Shown piece by piece: positions 59,466 to 64,000 of a stretch of 64,000 bases of DNA. A program made the position numbers and the translations under genes. Under the pieces are notes generated by a model that did no database searches, had not been told where the DNA came from, and worked only from the letters and a program-made list of their open reading frames with translations. Within the stretch, counting starts at the first letter, position 1; each line of letters begins with the position of its first letter. Source of the stretch: Candidatus Bathyarchaeota archaeon (GTDB lineage Archaea; Thermoproteota; Bathyarchaeia; Bathyarchaeales; Bathycorpusculaceae); assembly GCA_963828195.1 (NCBI GenBank), contig CAWHDT010000005.1:800001-864000 (forward strand), in the 5' to 3' direction.

Positions 59466-62400
59466 ATGTCTAAAATCGAAACATCGGTTATCACTGTTGG
59501 AATTGGCGCTTCAGCTGGCGGCTTAGAAGCGTTCAAGGTTTTGCTCGAATGTTTGCCTGTCGGAACGGGTTTGTCTTTTGTTATAATTCAACATCTTGCT
59601 GCAGGCCAGGAAAGTATGTTGACCGATATTCTTACAAGATTTACCAAAATCCCTGTCCAAGCAGTCAAAAATAGGCTGCCCGTTGAACCAGACCACATTT
59701 ATGTGATCCCGCCTGGAACAACAATGACTATAGAAAACAAAGTCCTAAAATTAAAACCGCAGGGCAAGGTTTTGAAACCCATCGATGCTTTCTTTGTTTC
59801 GCTTGCTGAAGACTTGAAAAATCAAAGCATAGGAATTGTGCTCTCCGGAACAGGCTCTGATGGAACCGAGGGACTAAAAGCTATAAAAGCCCATGGAGGA
59901 ATCACTTTCGCACAATCTCCCGACTCAGCGCAATACGGCGACATGCCTCAAAGTGCAATTTCAGCCGAAGCGGCGGATTTCGTTTTACCTCCAGACAAGA
60001 TCGCCATGGAGCTTTCAAAAATTGCCAAGAATCCCCAACTTGCACGAAGCGAAATTGCAACAAAAGAAGAAGAAACTGTGGCAAAAGAAGAAAAGTCAAA
60101 GAAGGAAACAGGCTTAAATGCCGTATTTGCTATGTTGAAATCCACTTTCAATGTCGATTTCTCGCACTTCAAAGCGACTGTGATAAATCGGCGGGTCTCT
60201 CGTAGAATGGTAATTAATCACGTAGATAAAATGAACAATTATGTGGAGTACTTGCGGACGCATCCAAACGAGCTGGAAGCATTATACAATGACATGTTAA
60301 TTGGAGTAACGAGCTTCTTTAGAGAACCTGAAACATTTCAAGCATTGAAAGACACGGTGTTTCAGGGGCTGATCAAAAATCGACTATCTAAAGATCCAGT
60401 TCGAGTTTGGATTCCAGGCTGCTCAACAGGCGAAGAAGCCTATTCATTTGCTATAGTAATCCAAGAATATCTTGATGAAAACTCCATAACTGATCTTCAA
60501 ATCCAAATTTTCGGCACTGACGTGAACGAAAAAAACATTGAAAAAGCAAGACAGGGAATTTACCAAAAAACCATAGAAACCGACGTCAACGAGAGCCGAC
60601 TGAAACGTTTCTTCATAAGCTTTAGCGGTAACTATCAAATCTCCAAAACCATCCGAGACAAGTGCGTTTTCGCAAAGCAAGACATAACTGCTGATCCGCC
60701 CTTCTCTAACATGGACCTTCTCAGTTGCCGCAACATGCTCATCTACTTTGATGAAACCCTTCACGACAGAGTAGTACCAACACTACATTACGCGTTAAAA
60801 GCAGGCGGTTTTCTTGTTTTGGGGCAATCAGAAAGCATAGGAAAATTCGCCCAGTTATTTGAACCCCTAACCAAAAGGGGCACCATATACGTCAAAAAAA
60901 GAGCTCAACCCAGCGTCGCTTTTGGCCTGCAACCCACAGCTCCATACTTTAGAGCCAGAGCAGGTAAAGAAGGCGAAAAGAAAGATGCATTATCAGCGTT
61001 AAAAGATGAAGTAGACCGTTTGTTGATTACACAATATGTTCCTGCAGCATTGCTAGTCAACGCTGATTTGGACGTTCTTGTTTTTCGAGGAAACATTGCG
61101 CCTTATGTTTTGCCCGAATCTGGATTAGCAAGCTTGAATTTAGCCAAGATTTTCCGCAAAGAATTAAGATCTGAGGTTCAAACGATAATCTACAGGGCAA
61201 AAAAAGAGGATAAACCTGTTAAAGAAAATGCTATTCGGTTTGATTTTGGTGGAGAGCAAAAAACAATCAATATTCAGGTTGTTCCACTGCATGTCGCGCA
61301 GTATGAGGAGCCTTTTTTCCTTCTCCTCTTTGAAGACGTCAGTTCAGCGGCGGCACTTCTACGGCAAACTATGACGTTAACTTTTACTCCCGAAGGCAGA
61401 GAAGGCGTTAAGGATCAGCAGAACAGAGACCTTCGGGAGGAACTGGATTCTACTAAGCAGTATCTCCAGAGAGTTGTAGAAACTCAAGAAGCCACAAACG
61501 AAGAGTTAAGAACAACCGTAGAAGAGGCACAGTCAAGTAACGAGGAGCTGCAGAGCACGAACGAAGAGCTAGAAACGACTAAGGAAGAGCTTCAGTCGAG
61601 CAACGAAGAATTAAAAACGTTGAACGATGAAGTGAAAAATCGAAATCAAACGCTTGCACAATTGAACGATGACTTAATCAACGTGAATAGGAACATAGAT
61701 CTAGCAATCGTTATAATTGACAAGGGTTTAAGGGTCCGGTGGTTTACTCCTTCTGCGCAGAAAATTCTGAATCTTTCACCGTCAACAGTTGGATTACCAA
61801 TCACTAGTATCAGACTAAGCGTAATGGTTGAAGGCTTGGGAGCTATAATTTCCGAAGTGATTTCTAAACTAAGCAGCATTAACAAAGAAGTGACCGATGA
61901 ACAAGATCACCATTATGAAATGCGAATACGACCTTACATAACCCAAGAAGACAAAATTGACGGCGCCGTCTTGTACTTTGTGGATATTGAGGATAGAAAA
62001 CAACTCGAAAAATCTCAACGTTTGGCGGCTATAGGCGCGACAGCTGGTATGGTTGGGCATGACATCCGAAATCCACTGCAGGCGATAGTCAGCGACGTTT
62101 TCTTGGCAACGTCAGATTTAGCGTCGTTCCCGGACAAGGAAGAAAAGCAAAGTATCCTAGAGAGCTTAGAGTCTATTTCGAAGAATACAGATTACATTAA
62201 CAAGATTGTGGCTGACCTTCAAGACTATGCAAAGACGATTAACCCTGTTGCTGCGGAAACCGATTTAGAAGCCTTATTCGAACAATTGCTGCAGGAAAAA
62301 GCTGTCCCTGAAAACATCAAGGCTTCGTGCAGTGTTGAGAGAATCGTTAAAAAAATTATGGTTGACTGTAATTTGCTGCAGCGGATTCTTGAAAATCTGG

Positions 62401-62684
62401 TTTCAAACGCAATTCAAGCTATGCCCAATGGAGGAGAACTTGCTCTAAGCGCACGTCGGGAAGCAGGCGACGTAGTAATTTATGTTCAGGATACGGGCGT
62501 TGGCATCCCTGATAGGGTTAAGCCGAAGCTTTTCACTCCATTTTTCACCACTAAATCTAAAGGTCAAGGTTTAGGATTGGCGGTTGTCAAGCGCATGGCT
62601 GAAGCGCTGGGTGGAGCCGTCTCGTTTGAGAGCCAGGAAAGCAAAGGAACAACCTTCCAAATACGTTTGCCAACAAAAAACTAA
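59466..62684 (+). CDS. CheB-CheR-coiled coil-PAS-histidine kinase (intact)
   Basis: GIGASAGG, QHL, LSGTGSDG, GCSTGEEAYS, CRNMLIY, SNEELQSTNEEL, GHDIRNPL, GQGLGL. ATG at 59466 follows a GGAG RBS. Confidence 0.92.
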   Translation: MSKIETSVITVGIGASAGGLEAFKVLLECLPVGTGLSFVIIQHLAAGQESMLTDILTRFTKIPVQAVKNRLPVEPDHIYVIPPGTTMTIENKVLKLKPQGKVLKPIDAFFVSLAEDLKNQSIGIVLSGTGSDGTEGLKAIKAHGGITFAQSPDSAQYGDMPQSAISAEAADFVLPPDKIAMELSKIAKNPQLARSEIATKEEETVAKEEKSKKETGLNAVFAMLKSTFNVDFSHFKATVINRRVSRRMVINHVDKMNNYVEYLRTHPNELEALYNDMLIGVTSFFREPETFQALKDTVFQGLIKNRLSKDPVRVWIPGCSTGEEAYSFAIVIQEYLDENSITDLQIQIFGTDVNEKNIEKARQGIYQKTIETDVNESRLKRFFISFSGNYQISKTIRDKCVFAKQDITADPPFSNMDLLSCRNMLIYFDETLHDRVVPTLHYALKAGGFLVLGQSESIGKFAQLFEPLTKRGTIYVKKRAQPSVAFGLQPTAPYFRARAGKEGEKKDALSALKDEVDRLLITQYVPAALLVNADLDVLVFRGNIAPYVLPESGLASLNLAKIFRKELRSEVQTIIYRAKKEDKPVKENAIRFDFGGEQKTINIQVVPLHVAQYEEPFFLLLFEDVSSAAALLRQTMTLTFTPEGREGVKDQQNRDLREELDSTKQYLQRVVETQEATNEELRTTVEEAQSSNEELQSTNEELETTKEELQSSNEELKTLNDEVKNRNQTLAQLNDDLINVNRNIDLAIVIIDKGLRVRWFTPSAQKILNLSPSTVGLPITSIRLSVMVEGLGAIISEVISKLSSINKEVTDEQDHHYEMRIRPYITQEDKIDGAVLYFVDIEDRKQLEKSQRLAAIGATAGMVGHDIRNPLQAIVSDVFLATSDLASFPDKEEKQSILESLESISKNTDYINKIVADLQDYAKTINPVAAETDLEALFEQLLQEKAVPENIKASCSVERIVKKIMVDCNLLQRILENLVSNAIQAMPNGGELALSARREAGDVVIYVQDTGVGIPDRVKPKLFTPFFTTKSKGQGLGLAVVKRMAEALGGAVSFESQESKGTTFQIRLPTKN

Positions 62685-63091
62685 ACGACAAAACACTTAA
62701 CGAGTGACAAAAGGATCTGGCGACAAGTGATGGCTTTAGAAGAAATGAATGAAACTGACACTTTTGCAGTCCAGAGGGAAAAAGACTCTTCTATGCAATG
62801 AAAACTTTCTTTTGGATCAGGCAAAGTTTTTCTTCACACTCAGCCCCCGCCCGCCGTTACGATCGGCGAGTATATTCTAATCTTTCTGGGAATCGGATAC
62901 ATACTGTATGGACAACGAATTTACCTCGAAAATGAACCGAATGACGCACAAACGAGGCCTCAATGAAGCAAAGACAGCGTAGAAAACTGCGCAAAAAAGA
63001 AATTCAGGTTACATTTTTGCCTAGAAGAAGCCCAGATCGACACTAATCAACACAATTTACACAAAAACGCACATGACCTGCAGACAAAACC

Positions 63092-63332
63092 AAGCCTAAA
63101 TCAAAAAAGCAACCTGAATTAAGCCCTGAATCTGACCAGCCTACCCTATGAGGGGGTCTAGTATTTTCACTAAAAATCCATTGTAAATATGGCATGCAGA
63201 AGAAGAAGAAAAAAACTTTTCCAAGGCTTCTTCTTCTTTTGAATAAATATTTTGCCGAGAAGAACAACATTTGAATTCTAGGTGTTGTTGTTCTTTCAAA
63301 ATTGAAAAATGGCGCCAGAAACCAACCACAAA
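63092..63332 (+). repeat. Dispersed intergenic double-palindrome element, copy E
   Basis: AGAAGAAGAAG-N18-CTTCTTCTTCT (63198-63237) and AAGAACAACA-N16-TGTTGTTCTT (63260-63295); 3' flank GCGCCAGAAACCA shared with copy A. Confidence 0.9.
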
Positions 63333-63472
63333 TATGCAGCTGACAACCCAAAAACTCTAGACAGAAGCTGAAACAAAGAACAACCATCTTAAATCTAAGC
63401 TAAATGTTTATATTTCCGTGCGTTTTTTGCTTATTTCCGAATTAAAATAAAGTTCTATTAAAGGGATAATAT

Positions 63473-64000
63473 ATGGCGTATTTAACAACAACAGGTTCAG
63501 GACAGCCCGTGTTGATTCTGAAGGAAGGAACAACTCGGAGCAGAGGCAAAGAAGCCCAGAGAAACAACATAATGGCGGCCCAAGTCATCGGCGAAGTGCT
63601 AAAAACGACCCTTGGCCCAAGAGGCATGGATAAAATGCTTGTTGACAGCTTAGGCGACATAACAATCACAAACGACGGAGCAGCAATCCTAAAAGAAATC
63701 GACGTTGAGCACCCAGCAGCAAAGATGATGGTTGAAATCGCAAAAACACAGGACGACATGGTCGGCGACGGAACCACAACCGCGGTTGTGCTTGCAAGCG
63801 AACTGCTTAAAAAAGCTGAAGAACTGCTTGAACAAAACATTCACCCGATCATCCTTGTCAGCGGATACCGCAAAGCGTCGCAGAAAGCCATCGAAACCAT
63901 AAACAAAATATCTGTTCCGCTGGACATAAACGACCGCAAAACACTCCTCAAAGTCGCGTTAACCTCGATGAGCAGCAAATCAGTGGGTTCAGCACGCGAT
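63473..64000 (+). CDS. Thermosome (group II chaperonin) subunit, 5' part
   Basis: Manual translation: [11 protein letters not shown]...[14 protein letters not shown]...TNDGA...VGDGTTT. Confidence 0.96.
   Translation, partial: MAYLTTTGSGQPVLILKEGTTRSRGKEAQRNNIMAAQVIGEVLKTTLGPRGMDKMLVDSLGDITITNDGAAILKEIDVEHPAAKMMVEIAKTQDDMVGDGTTTAVVLASELLKKAEELLEQNIHPIILVSGYRKASQKAIETINKISVPLDINDRKTLLKVALTSMSSKSVGSARD

Noticed and set aside
62700-62970. Short hydrophobic reading-frame fragment after the kinase gene
   Set aside because: No clear start and no recognisable family.
15931-63332. Repeat family as a CRISPR array or simple terminators
   Set aside because: Copies are dispersed rather than regularly spaced, no cas genes are present, and they occur in divergent as well as convergent contexts with long conserved flanks.
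63442-63840. 132-aa minus-strand ORF
   Set aside because: It is antisense to the thermosome gene starting at 63473.

Overview
Archaeal chromosomal window, most likely Bathyarchaeia/TACK. This is inferred from gatD/gatE, elp3, rps30e, rps19e, rpl39e, rpl31e, Lsm, RIO2, the thermosome and frequent TTG starts. Housekeeping blocks alternate with accessory ones. (i) There are two paralogous CheB-CheR-PAS-histidine kinase genes, one intact and one giant (~2,110 codons) broken by an in-frame TGA, a +1 frameshift and a missing canonical start. (ii) A type IV pilus locus carries five class III signal-peptide proteins; two convergent adhesin-like pilins are preceded by a perfect 131-bp inverted repeat containing promoter, leader and start codon. 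(iii) A flippase and a dTDP-rhamnose operon follow. (iv) A respiratory module (cytochrome-b5-fused Rieske, cytochrome b, blue copper protein, MenA-like and UbiE-like enzymes) sits inside the rnp4-yhbY-rps19e translation cluster. (v) A dispersed ~240-bp intergenic repeat with two fixed-spacer palindromes occurs in 5 copies. No rRNA, tRNA, CRISPR array, transposase or integrase was recognised.
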